From positions 418,376,001 through 418,440,000 of the forward strand of contig OZ024740.1 in assembly GCA_964016885.1 (NCBI GenBank): DNA of 64,000 nt. Direction: 5' to 3'. Within the stretch, counting starts at the first letter, position 1. Every line of letters begins with the position of its first letter. Shown here piece after piece: positions 13,399 to 24,506 of the stretch. The DNA comes from Eledone cirrhosa (Eukaryota). A program made the position numbers and the translations under genes. The notes under the pieces are model-generated. The model was not told the DNA's origin, did no database searches, and saw nothing but the letters and a program-made list of their open reading frames with translations.

Positions 13399-14741
13399 TC
13401 TTATATATATATATATATATATATAATCCTTGTCGGGTCCTCTCTGGATTTTGGTATTTGTATTTATTATTACTATATATATATAATAGTGGGTCGAAAT
13501 TTACATTTTGTCTGGTTTACAATCTTCTGCTGCTAATATAGATCTGAAGAATTCGATCATGCTGTCACGAGCAATTCAAACGCCGAAGTTTGAGTTGATC
13601 GAACATAACATCTATTAATATTAATCAGTTTGAAAATGTCGAATGGACACGTAACATGATCAATCATCCATCAATCAGATATATTTGCTGTTTTTACATT
13701 CTTTGTCTCGTCTGAATGTTCCTACAAGAAACTGGTGACTATAGAAATAAAGTATTTATTATAACAACTAATACTGGAACATCACACCACACAACTAAAA
13801 CGGGACTAGAGTTATTTTATAAACTGGAGTAAAAAACATAAGAGTGCGCGCGCGTGTGTGTGTGTGGCGAAATTATTATCATGAATAAATCTGCGGATAT
13901 TGAAATGCAGGCTATAACGTCATAACGGGAAATAGCTTCCACGAAATTTATGGGTACTTAAGCCCTGCTGAAATTCAGTTTCACTTTCTTACACCTCTTC
14001 TTCTCACTCAGCCTCTTCTTGCCTCTGGCCGACGCCCTACCTATAACAGTCACCGCTTATTAAAGCACTGTTGCAGCGTGGCCAGTGAAAGTGTCGTAGA
14101 CAAGACATCTCATCTCAACTAATTTCTCCACATTCATTCTCAAATTCCAACATATCACAACAAAATGCTTTTATCGGTGAACACTAGATCTAGCAAACTG
14201 TTGATGAAACATTGTTATATAAAACCTTTTTACGTATTCTGGTTATCTCATATTTTGGTATATGGTTTCGACGTATTCCATGGTACAAATAAAACTTGGC
14301 AGTTTCGTTTCTTTGTTGGCTTGTCTCAATTCATTGTTGGTTCTGCTTGTTTTTCAACCACACTAATCAACTCATACAACACAGTACAAATCAACGGCCA
14401 ACTTCAACAATCAACAACTCAAATACTAACATACCAAACATTTCTGATATATACATATATTTACATAATTAACCTATGGAACATAGTATTCGTATTATGT
14501 GCGTATCTGCTGGAAAATGCATAAGACACCAGGCTGCTATAAACGTTTTGGAAAACAACTTCAGTTCTTACATGGACGATAATTTTTCAAGAGAAACCCA
14601 ATACTGCTCTATTAAACCGGATATACTTTCATTAGTAACAATTGTTTTGTATTTATAGCGCCGGACTGTTCTGCAAATGTATGTAATATATTGAAATATG
14701 ATAAAAATGTAAAAATGACTATTCTGAAGATCGTTATCTTT

Positions 14742-14743
<2 letters not shown>

Positions 14744-14816
<73 letters not shown>
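14744..14816. repeat. (TA)n microsatellite
   Basis: Directly visible. Confidence 0.95.
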
Positions 14817-14823
<7 letters not shown>

Positions 14824-14889
14824 GAGTAGGTAGAAAGTATCTCCCTCTTGAAAATTACTTATAACTTTTTGTTAATATGACCACTTGGG

Positions 14890-15191
14890 ACAACATGAAT
14901 GACATCCTATTCATGCACTCATTTTGCATTTACTGTCCGTGACTAGCTCGATGTCCAATTTCCAGGGCGTTGAATGGGTCGTCGATATCCACGTGAAAGG
15001 CCAACAAGAATCTCTGACTTAACGCCATGCGATTATTTCTGGGTAGAGGGGCCGTAGGAAAAGGTTTATAGCTCAAAACCAAAACTTTTGAGGAACATAT
15101 ACCACCTGAGGTCTTGCTGAAGTTAGTTGATGATATACCCAAAGGATTACAAACACTGGTAGTCAACTTTGGTGCCTATGTAAAATGTTAA
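14890..15191 (+). pseudogene. Decayed Tc1/mariner-superfamily transposase, C-terminal part
   Basis: Manual translation gives HFAFTVRD*LDVQFPGR*MGRRYPRERPTRISDLTPCDYFW..*EKVYSSKP and, after a frameshift, IPPEVLLKLVDDIPKGLQTLVVNFGAYVKC*. This matches the WPxRSPDLTPxDFFLWG motif, with stops at conserved Trp positions. Confidence 0.8.
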
Positions 15192-15329
15192 CATTATACT
15201 GTACTCCTACCATTATATACTGTTCAAAATAAAACAAGTCTTATGAAAATCGACCAATAATTAATAAAGTTATTAACAATTTTAAATAGGGAGTTTCTTT
15301 CCACCCATCCAGTCAGAAGCAATCTTTTC

Positions 15330-15525
15330 AGTGGGTCTTGTCAGAAGCAATCGTCTCCAACTGATCTGGTCGGATTCCCAAGCGAGACAAGCTAAGCTCA
15401 TAGATGTTATCCAACCATCTTGCTTGGGAGTTTCGCCCGTAAAATCTGTCCAACGATTCTTTCCTGAAACATTCTAACCCCATGTCCATAGTATCGGAGC
15501 TGTGATCTCTCAATTTGGAAGAGTA
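15330..15525 (-). mobile_element. Decayed RTE-clade LINE C-terminal fragment
   Basis: Frames give QLRYYGH.VRM and RWLDNI..LSRLGIRPDQLETIASDK, resembling the RTE post-RT region; a homologous copy lies at 22405-22615. Confidence 0.55.
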
Positions 15526-15779
15526 AATTTAGTCATTTAAACATCCACAAAAACTATTAACTTTACTTCATATTCATATATTTCCAGCTATTAAAATGTC
15601 CTGGCCATTGACACAGTTCCAATACAACTGACGAGGCTGTAGCAAGTGGGACAACATTTTTGGTACTAGGAAATATATGATAAATATAAAGTTAACAGTT
15701 TTTGTTTAAATGACAAAGATGACTTTTCCATGCAGTAATGTGTGTATGTATCTATGTATGTATGTATATATATATTTAT

Positions 15780-16283
15780 GACAAGTCGCTCTCGAGTGCT
15801 ACTGGTAACATGCAACCTGTCTCGTTGTCGGGTCGTCGGCGACTAAACTGGCAACCCACCAAGCTTGCTTGGTGAGGAGGGTGATATTTGGACACCCTGC
15901 GTGATGAAATACAAGACCCGACAAAGGGCGGAGGAACTCAGTAGAGTCAACGGCCATCCAAATAGTACTTTTCTTTCCCCCCACCCGGGAGTGAAAGGCC
16001 CCTAGTTGTTATCACAACACCCTTCTAGGAGAGGGAAACTCTGAAAAAAACTTGCAGCATCCGATGATGTTGACCAGTTCTCCTTTTCAGGTAGTGTTTT
16101 CGATGCTCAGAGAGTGGGATTAGTCGAGTGCAAGGCCTTTCCCCACTTAAAAAACCTTCAAAGCACAGGTATTGCTTGTTCAGGATGTTACAGATTTGTG
16201 TGGCTGGCCGTAGCCTAAAAGTGTACCAAACTCTATAACCTGACTAGCGATTGCAATACTCTTAGCAGAGTTTGCAGCCATCT
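15780..16283 (+). mobile_element. Non-autonomous retroelement family C, longest copy
   Basis: Shares AAAGGGCGGA.GAACTCA..AGAGTCAACGGCCATCCAA, TTCTAGGAGA.GG.AACTC, GCTCAGAGAGTGGGAT and a 3' GCAGCCATC with the copies at 17988-18807. Confidence 0.7.
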
Positions 16284-16342
16284 TATATATATACACACAC
16301 ACAGACACACACACACACACACACAGACACGTACACACACAC

Positions 16343-16410
<68 letters not shown>
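16284..16410. repeat. Compound (TA)n/(CA)n microsatellite
   Basis: Directly visible. Confidence 0.95.
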
Positions 16411-16412
<2 letters not shown>

Positions 16413-16620
16413 AAAGGTAAACAGAAATAACAACACAATCGGTACAATATATGAAAGGAATATATTAGGTTAACGCTTGATATAGCAGCAAGAGGGTCTT
16501 AACGTTTCGGACGGTAATCCTTCATCAGAAGAAAGGATGAGATATAAAATAGATTGAGTGGACGGGCGGGTTGGAATTGGAAAAAATGTCTTTAGATAAA
16601 AATAACAGGTCCATTCATGT
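16411..16620 (-). mobile_element. 210-bp non-coding element carrying a hammerhead motif (Penelope-like or retrozyme-like), copy 1
   Basis: Colinear with 24257-24466, of the same length and with the same ends; contains a hammerhead core; abuts a microsatellite. Confidence 0.8.
16497..16532 (-). ncRNA. Minimal type I hammerhead ribozyme motif
   Basis: Minus strand UCUU-CUGAUGA-A-GGAU-UACC-GUCC-GAAACGUU-AAGA: 4-bp stem I, 4-bp stem II and palindromic ACGU in place of stem III, as in Penelope-associated minimal hammerheads. Confidence 0.75.
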
Positions 16621-17750
16621 TGACATATCTTGCAAAACTGTTGGTGCTGGCGTTTTGTGTATGATTTATTTTTTAGAAAAAGTGGATGATGGACCGCGTA
16701 TACCTGAAATGGAAAGAAAAAAACGTTTTGTAAAAAGAGCTATAGTTGTGCACGTGCGTCAGCATGTATATTATATATATACCCAGAAAACTTGGCTTTC
16801 CTTTTAGGCAACCAGCCAAGAAACAGCTATTGGCCTTTAAAAAGGTAAATATCTGTTTATCCTATATACTAGTTCAATAAAATCAATTGCTTGACCTTTT
16901 ATAACAAAAGGTATCGATCAACAAGTAGTCATCCCTACTGACTTTAAATGTGAGGAAATAAAAGTTGGGGCTTCAGTAATGCAAGAGAAATAGATATCAA
17001 TAGAACTAGAGATCTATTTCTCCTTAAGCTGATCATAGACGTAGCGTGACTAAAATATACTATATTGTGGAATATTAGTTCAATAATTAACTACATTATT
17101 TAAGTTTTCATAATTAATTATATAAATAATGAAAAAAAGGGGGAAGAGGTAAAGAAGGGCAGATCTGGCTGTATAGGAAAGTAAAGGAAAGCACTATAAA
17201 TGCCATAAATGAGAAGAAAGGGGGGAAGAGCAAGGACTCTTAGGCCACGGAAGAAAGAGAGGGGGAAGGTGAGGGTGACAGGCTCTACACCTAGGTCAAG
17301 GTCGTGTAGCAATAATTATGTCAAAAAGCTTTATTCTATCAATGGCATCCTAGACCAAATTTGTTGTATAACTTCGAGGAGGCTTCTGTGTGGTTAGAAA
17401 TAGCAGCCAAATCTCTCATATTTCAGCCTACTGTCTTTAAACCGGCAAGAACACGGCGGTAATATAGTCTTAGGTACACATTGATTAGAAAGAATAAATA
17501 TGAAACGGTAACTACCAGAATTATCAAAGGATTAAGGATATCTGCTCCATCAGGGACGATCAAGGTTTAAATAACAAAGATAATTGTTTTTATCAATAAT
17601 TGTTTTCTTTTTCGCCCTTCGAGAGGCTTTCTTTCTGTATAGTCAAACTCTAGCCTTTCCCTTTTCAAATGTTATATGCATTATATATATATCAGAAGGT
17701 CTCCAGAGAAGAAACCCCCTCACCCCCCTCAAGCAGATGTTTCTGCCTTT

Positions 17751-17925
17751 ATATATATAATGAATAATGAAATTATTGTGTAGAGTGCTCAGGTGCAGTA
17801 CAACTCATCAAAGGTGCATGTATAGTACATAGAATAATATACAAATGTCAGGGAAGTGAATAGTGTATGAGTCATGATATACATGTGTGCGTGTATATGG
17901 AGGGGGGATATTAGGTGTAGTGTAG
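17751..17925 (-). mobile_element. 3'-end fragment of the CR1/L2-group LINE family at 28333-31878
   Basis: Matches 28340-28460 (AATGAAATTATTGTGTA.AGTGCTCAGGTGCA.TACAACTC), including the last codons HYT* versus HYS*. Confidence 0.85.
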
Positions 17926-17987
17926 TGTATGTATGTATGTATGTATGTATGTATGTATGTATGTATGTATGTATGTATGTATGTATG

Positions 17988-18392
17988 AATTCTAGGAGAA
18001 GGAAAACTCTGATATAACACCTGCAACTCTGATGGTATCCAATGATGTTGACTTGTTCTTCTTTTTGGTAAATATCATCTTGGTTAAGAGAGTGGGACTG
18101 GCTCTGTGCAGTGCCTTTGCTCACTATAAAAGCTTCACAGCACAGCAATTTTTTTATATCTGGAGATCTCTCTGCACTTGTCATCACATGGTATCATGGG
18201 CCCAGCACTATGTGTCAATATTTGTCACAGGTGTAGTGTTTGTACCAGAGTTTTCAAGTCGCTGGCTGGACTAAAAAGTCACACTCGTTCAGCGCATCGG
18301 TAGGAGTTCTCCTACATGGATATAAAGTAGTGGCCGTACTCGAAAACGAGTTGGCAGCCACCATGTATGTATGTATGTATGTATGTATGTAT
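17988..18392 (+). mobile_element. Family C copy, 5'-truncated, with an (ATGT)n tail
   Basis: Starts at TTCTAGGAGAAGGAAAACTCTGA, ends GGCCGTACTCGAAAACGAGTTGGCAGCCACC(ATGT)n, and is preceded by an (ATGT)n tract. Confidence 0.7.
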
Positions 18393-18807
18393 GCAAAGGG
18401 CGGAAGAACTCATAAGAGTCAACGGCCATCCAAAAGTGTGTAAATATGTATATACACATGTACCGCGTGGTTAAACCACTGGGAGTGAAGGACCCCTAGC
18501 CATTGTCAGGGCATTCTTCTAGGAGAAGGCAACTCAGGAAACTGGGATAACTCCGATATAAAACCTGTGGCTCAGTAGTTACCGATTATGTTGATCTTTT
18601 CTTCTTTTCAGGTTATAGCTACTGTGGCTCAGAGAGTGGGATTGGCTCAGTGCACAGTCTTTCCTCACTTTAAAAAATATCTTCACGTACAGGTATTGCA
18701 CGATAGAATTAATTAATAATTATTAATAATGATATATCGTGCAATGGCCATACTCGATAACGAGGGGGCAGCCATCATGTATGTATGTATGTATGTATGT
18801 ATGTATA
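18393..18807 (+). mobile_element. Family C copy, 5'-truncated, with an (ATGT)n tail, in tandem with the previous copy
   Basis: The start matches 15923 onward; it ends GGCCATACTCGATAACGAGGGGGCAGCCATC(ATGT)n. Confidence 0.7.
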
Positions 18808-18993
18808 TCCGTTTCCAGCCTGCCTGTCTCCTCAATCTTTCTATTTCTTCTTTAATTTCTCATTATATTTTCTAAGAAGGACTAGCGTCTGAAACGTTAA
18901 GACTCTTTTTCTGTTATATCAAGCATAAAACTAAAAATATATTTCTTCATTCCACTGTGTCGTTTGTTTTGTTACTTCTGTTTGCCTTTTGCA
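18808..18993 (+). mobile_element. Diverged copy of the hammerhead-bearing element, core damaged
   Basis: TTTT-CTAAGA-A-GGAC-TAGC-GTCT-GAAACGTT-AAGA at 18868-18902, followed by TATATCAAGC and TTCTGTTTGCCTTTT matching the other two copies. Confidence 0.65.
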
Positions 18994-18994
18994 T

Positions 18995-19073
18995 GCATGT
19001 GTGTGTGTGTGTATGTGTATATATATATATATGTGTGTGTGTGTGTGCGTGTGTGTGTGTGTGTGTGTATGTG

Positions 19074-19122
<49 letters not shown>

Positions 19123-19145
19123 ATATATATGTGCATATATATATA

Positions 19146-19179
<34 letters not shown>

Positions 19180-19302
19180 ATTGGTTTTTTGTATGGTTGA
19201 TTATGGTGAGTGGGAGAGGAAATAATGTATATATTTTATCAAATGATTCTATGGACATACTTTATTGTATATATATATATGTGTGTGTGTGTGTCTGTGT
19301 GT

Positions 19303-19372
<70 letters not shown>

Positions 19373-19387
19373 GTGTGTGTGTATGTG

Positions 19388-19420
<33 letters not shown>

Positions 19421-19439
19421 ATATGTGTGTATGTATATA

Positions 19440-19529
<90 letters not shown>

Positions 19530-19650
19530 TGTGTGTGTGTGTATGTGTATATATATATATGTGTGTGTAATATATTTATATATATAAATGCACTATTTAT
19601 ATACATATACACTTGCTCACACACATATATGAACACACACACACACGTAT
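18995..19650. repeat. Compound (TG)n/(TA)n microsatellite of about 650 bp
   Basis: Alternating TG and TA blocks with one unique interruption of about 90 bp near 19180-19268. Confidence 0.95.
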
Positions 19651-20189
19651 ATATAATTATTTTCCTACTATATCAGACGTTAATCTAATATACATCATAA
19701 TTCTTCTGTATTGTTCTCAGTGTTGTTTTGTTGTTTTTCTTTGTTGACCTTTCGTTTATATATAAAACGTTTTTTAATGAACCTCCATGTCAACACTAAC
19801 TTAACGATACAATTTAGAATATATTTCGAGAGAAATTAGAGGGATGAAATATAGAGTTACTTCCCTTGCACCAGTTTCGAATTTTGTGTTAATTTCATTT
19901 CAGGAAAAACAAAAGAGTTAACGACCATCCACTCGAACTATGGGTTAAACAGCCTCACCCAACCGGCAAAATTAGCCAAGTGTGGTGAGTACGGCTACAC
20001 CCTAAAGATATGACGAAAATCAAAAGTAGTGAAGGTCAACCAGGGAGGGGTTATTTCAACCAAAGTGAGAAGGCCCTGGATAGGATTGGACTGTATATTG
20101 TGTTCTGTATACGGTCTTAATCAATAATAAATATTGTTAATATTAGTGATATGCTATAGCCGCTAAACTCTGTCTCGAGCCCGGAATGT

Positions 20190-20385
20190 CATCAGGCTGG
20201 TGCTTATCTCAGTTTCCGAGGCATGAAGTGACTGAGAGTACAAGACTTGCCCCTCGACATGATGCTAGGAGCAACGTGAAATGAAGTGTTTTGCGCAAGA
20301 ACACAACGACAACCCAGTCCAGGAATCAAACCCACGACATTTTGATCGTAAGTCCGACACCTTTACCACTAGGTCACAGGCCTCC
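20190..20385 (-). mobile_element. tRNA-derived SINE (family B)
   Basis: The minus-strand head has GTGACCTAGTGG and GGTTTGATTCC boxes; GGAGCAACGTGAAATGAAGTG is shared with 6800-6918. Confidence 0.7.
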
Positions 20386-21707
20386 ACATACTATAGCCTA
20401 CCCAGTGCTGAATATCAATATTGTCTTTGATATATTCCACCGAGACCAACTTCGCCTTCCATCCTTCCAATATAGATAAATATAAAACAATACTGGAGTC
20501 AATATAATCAACCATGATCACCCCAATATTGTGCCAATGTTAACTGTATTTCTGTTTATATGATTAATGTAGAATCTACATCAAAACGTTCTGAGATATC
20601 TCATAAATGATGATTACATTCTCAGACGAAGAAAACTACACGAAACGTTACCATATAGCTTTAGTTAAGCTATATCCAGAATAACAAGCTGTGATCTGTT
20701 GTTTATTGGTTGACAGTTACAAACATAAGAAAGAACGATCTACCCCTGAAGTTCAGCTCTTGTCACTTGGCTCACCAGAAGTCCGTTTTTCTGTTGACCA
20801 GTTTAATAACAAGTCCGCAGTAAAGGTCCTTCATCAACAGTTCGTCTTTTACGAGCTCACGCGCAATACTCTACAACCATTACATTTCAAAGAGCGATAC
20901 TGAGTCGGTCAACTGTAAAACAATGACTGTCTAGTTATAGACGAATACTATGTAAAGTTCATAGTAATTATTTATTTTATAGTAATTATTGGAGTAAAAT
21001 CTGGTATTTATATGTTTATACTGAACATATAACTCCTTGGCTTATATTTCCATTTTCAATCTGACTTTGGCTGATGTAAACCTTTCTGTTTTACTACGTA
21101 TAACTATTTTAAATACCCTGCCTCTTCCTATCCACCCATACATATTTAGCTGAGGTATTAGCTGTCTTTTGCTTTAATATTGTAACATTAAAAGAATATA
21201 TCCTTCTGAAAGAATCGCGAATAATGTTGTCTAAGCATTCGTAATGTTATTTATGCATATATTTAAAACATATTTGTTATGTTATTCTACTGTAAATTTA
21301 TTTATATGCTTTATATAATAAATTCAAACCTTCTTCCCAGAATAGGATTAGGGAACATCCAGGGTTTGAAAAACACAACAATTCTTACAGAGAGAGTTCT
21401 TTCGTTTGAAATATGTATGTAAATATAAGAAACGATAAGACAGAAAAAAGAGCGAGGGAAAATGTTTCCGTTCTTTTTTTTATTATTTTTTTAAGGTTAA
21501 AAAGATTTAGCAATTCTATGTTTTCCTCAAAGGAGGGGGGGGGGGGATAAGAACACACACATATCTTTCTTTTGACTCGTAACTCCCGAGCGAGTAGTAG
21601 GGATTCCGTATTTAAATCAAGCATTTCCAGTGCATTTTAGAACCAGGCGGAGCCCATTGCTCTCCAGGTCAGACTACACCAGATTTCTTCCAGATATATC
21701 GAGGAAG

Positions 21708-21868
21708 AATCGACCCCAGTATTAGACTTGTACTTTTTTTATCGACCTCGAAAGATGAAAGGCAAAGTTGACCTCGGCGTAATTTGAACTCAGAGTGCAG
21801 AGAACTGAAATGAATACCGCAAAGCATTCTATCTGACATTCTAACGCCTCTGTCAATTCGCCGCCTTA
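21708..21868 (-). mobile_element. tRNA-derived SINE (family A-like)
   Basis: ATCGACCCCAGT..TTATCGACC..GATGAAAGGCAAAGTTGACCTCGGCG.AATTTGAACTCAG. Confidence 0.85.
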
Positions 21869-22404
21869 TCCAATAAGAGAGGATAAGATAAAAACTAGCC
21901 CCCTCCCCCTTTTTTTTTTGTTTATTCAAGGGAGATAACGTGGTAACATGTAATTCATGCCTTGCAACGTTTTATTAGCAATTTCATAATTACAAATAGT
22001 TTATTAAGAAATACAATACTGATAGGTGATCAGCGAAGTTTATTAGTTGTTGTTGTTAACATTATTGATCTAGAGCGAACGAACGATCGACAATAACAGC
22101 TGAACGTTAAAATACATGTCTAAAAAGACATGGCATGGTCCCGTGACTCCCAAGTCGTAGGGTTGCTGTATTGACATACGATGTTTCTAGGACAATTTAA
22201 AACCTGGCGGAGCCCAATCTTCTACTGGCAAAGAGATATCTGTTCAAATTACAAATCTTGCCAGAATGAATTTTACCCACCTTTACAAAGTCAATAAAAT
22301 AACTACTAGCATTTTACTGCTAACTTCTTTATACCACCCTTCTTCCACTTATTCCTGTGACGGTCATGGGGAAAGAGTCCTCAGACACGTTTTACTGGGG
22401 GGGG

Positions 22405-22615
22405 GGGGGGGTCATATCAGAAGCAACTGTCTCCAAGTGATCTTGTTGGATCTCCGAGCTTATGAATGTTACCCAACCATCTTTCTCGTCGTTTATCTCT
22501 GAGTCTCCTGTCGGCTGGCTTTTCACGTAAAAGTCTGCCCCGTGATTCTTTCCTTAGATATTCTAACTACATGTCCGTAATACCGGAGTTGTGATTTCTT
22601 GATTTGGAGAAGTAG
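22405..22615 (-). mobile_element. Decayed RTE-clade LINE C-terminal fragment
   Basis: Colinear similarity to 15330-15525 (TCAGAAGCAA..GTCTCCAA.TGATCT, CCAACCATCTT, GATTCTTTCCT, CATGTCC.TA.TA.CGGAG). Confidence 0.55.
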
Positions 22616-22864
22616 TGATTCTACCTGGAGCAATCCCAGATCGTCCAACAAATTTAACTTATACTAAATTTTTTAAAAAATCAGTATTATTGATCCAGAG
22701 AGGCACAGAAAATTGTCTGAAAAGATGGAGTTCTGAATTAAATGTCTGGGTTTTAAGTTATATCCATGTACGTTCTCATTGTAATACCACTAATATACTA
22801 CATCTCCATTAAAACAACTAGATCGCTACTTACATATTGTAAAATACTCTAGTTACAAATTGAA

Positions 22865-23185
22865 GGCCTGTTCTGGACAAACATACTGGTGAGATGATAT
22901 TCTCAGCAAATCAAAGCCGAGTCTCATCACGGATGCCGCGGTAAATGTGAGGTTCACTGCTTCCGTAGCAGATGGGGATAAAATCCTAAAATACCAGGAA
23001 CTGTCAAACAACTTTTTTTTGTTCTTTTATTACAGTCTGTGGCGTTGAAGACGTTTGGGGGAGTTGGATTGTTGGCAGCGAAGTTATTAACATCGTTAGC
23101 GGTTCACCTTACCGATGTGTCAGGGGAAACCTTTGAGGGTGCTTAGTTGTTTCAGCATCTTAGCCTCTCCATTACCCGTAGTAAT
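22865..23185 (+). pseudogene. Decayed restriction-like endonuclease C-terminus of a CRE-type non-LTR retrotransposon
   Basis: Manual translation gives SLITDAAVNVRFTASVADGDKILKYQELSNN and, after a frameshift, QSVALKTFGGVGLLAAKLLTSLAVHLTDVSGETFEGA*LFQHLSLSITRSN. This fits the KxxKY..PxAxETxG..QRxSxAIxRGN pattern as I recall it. Confidence 0.55.
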
Positions 23186-23733
23186 AATTGCTTCTACTTT
23201 TGGCTCAAGGCCAGCAATTACCCAGTGCATTACTGGTACTTTATTTTATCGACCCCATAAGGATGAAAGGCAAAGTTAACCTCGGCGGGATTTGAACTCA
23301 GATCATAAAGGGGCGTAACTCTATGCTACAAAGCATGGCGTCCGACTCTCTACTGATACTGCCAATCCACCGCCAATTACCCGTAGTAATAATTGTTTCT
23401 ACTTTTTGGCACAAGGCCAGCAATTATCTCAGTGCATTACTGGTACTTTATTTTATCGACCCCGTAAGGATGAAAGGCAAAGTTAACCTCGGCGGGATTT
23501 GAAATAAGATATAATGATTTCTAGTATAGGCACAAGGCCAGTAATTTTGGGGGAGGGGAAAGTTGATTAAATCGACTCCAGTGCGTGACTGGTACTTTAT
23601 TTTATCGACCCCCTAAGGATGAAAAGCAAAGTTAACCTCGACGGGATTTGAACTCAGATCGTAAAGGGACGTAACTATGCTATATGCTAGAAAGCATGGC
23701 GTCCAACCCTCTACCGATACTGCCAATTCACCC
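23186..23733 (-). mobile_element. Three tandem family A SINEs (about 23186-23375, 23392-23505 truncated, 23510-23733)
   Basis: ACTGGTACTTTATTTTATCGACCCC.TAAGGATGAAA.GCAAAGTTAACCTCG.CGGGATTTGAA occurs three times; the flank ATTACCCGTAGTAATAATTG is duplicated at 23171 and 23377. Confidence 0.9.
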
Positions 23734-24256
23734 TGTTGGCTTGCCTCAACAATTTCCGATGTCTCTTGTGGTGTGATGTGTGACCGATTGTCGCACTTGG
23801 TAGTGAATCGATGTTAGTTTTTGTTTTTTTCTTTCTCTCGCTTTGATTATATAGTTTGGTGTATTATATTTATAAGGTTTCTAGCTATAACTAATTGTAT
23901 ATATTACATGTGCTTATATTTTCATTCTGTAAGAATTATAAACAATCTGTAACGTTATTTATACAATTGTGATTAAAACTGTCTATAAACTGCTTCACGT
24001 TGTTTATATTGCGACTCTCATTACCCAGTATTACAGTATTTCTTTCACTGGTTTCAGTCATAACTGCAGCTACGCCCTGACGGCGGTTTCAATGTTGTAG
24101 AGTCGATTATATGCCATCCACCCCTTCACATATATTTCAATGTTCTTGTAAGATACAAAATAAAAAGTAGACATTGATGTAGAGGGAGATAACTCGGTCA
24201 CGAGAGCGTTTTTATGTTTGAATCTACCCGCTTTCACCCATATGTGTGTGTGTGTA

Positions 24257-24462
24257 TAAAAAGTAAACAGAAATAACAACACAATCGGTACAGTATATGG
24301 AAGGGATATATTAGGTTCACGCTTGATATAGCAGGAAGAGAGTTTTAACGTTTCGGACGTTAGTCCTTCATCAGAAGAAAGAATGAGAAATAAAATAGAT
24401 TGAGGGGACGGGCGGGTTGGAATTGGAAAAAGTGTCTTTAGATAAAAATAACAGGTCCATTC

Positions 24463-24466
<4 letters not shown>
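24257..24466 (-). mobile_element. 210-bp hammerhead-bearing element, copy 2
   Basis: Same length and termini as 16411-16620; lies between (TG)n and (TA)n tracts. Confidence 0.8.
24343..24378 (-). ncRNA. Minimal type I hammerhead ribozyme motif
   Basis: Minus strand UCUU-CUGAUGA-A-GGAC-UAAC-GUCC-GAAACGUU-AAAA: perfect 4-bp stem II and one mismatch in stem I. Confidence 0.7.

Positions 24467-24504
<38 letters not shown>

Positions 24505-24506
<2 letters not shown>

Noticed and set aside
16985-18745. Isolated 11-bp inverted repeats at 16985-17022 and 18695-18745
   Set aside because: Short, with AT-rich loops, and compatible with chance or local slippage.
18947-19688. Long CV-, YI- and HT-rich ORFs, also at 14568, 16233 and 17789
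   Set aside because: They are translations of dinucleotide and tetranucleotide microsatellites.
20620-20650. Hammerhead-like CAGACGAAG..CGAAACGTT
   Set aside because: The core is mutated and there is no stem II; at most a decayed relic.
19852-24194. AGGGAGATAAC-like motif near 19855, 21929 and 24183
   Set aside because: May belong to old DNA-transposon debris, but no element boundaries or extended similarity were visible.
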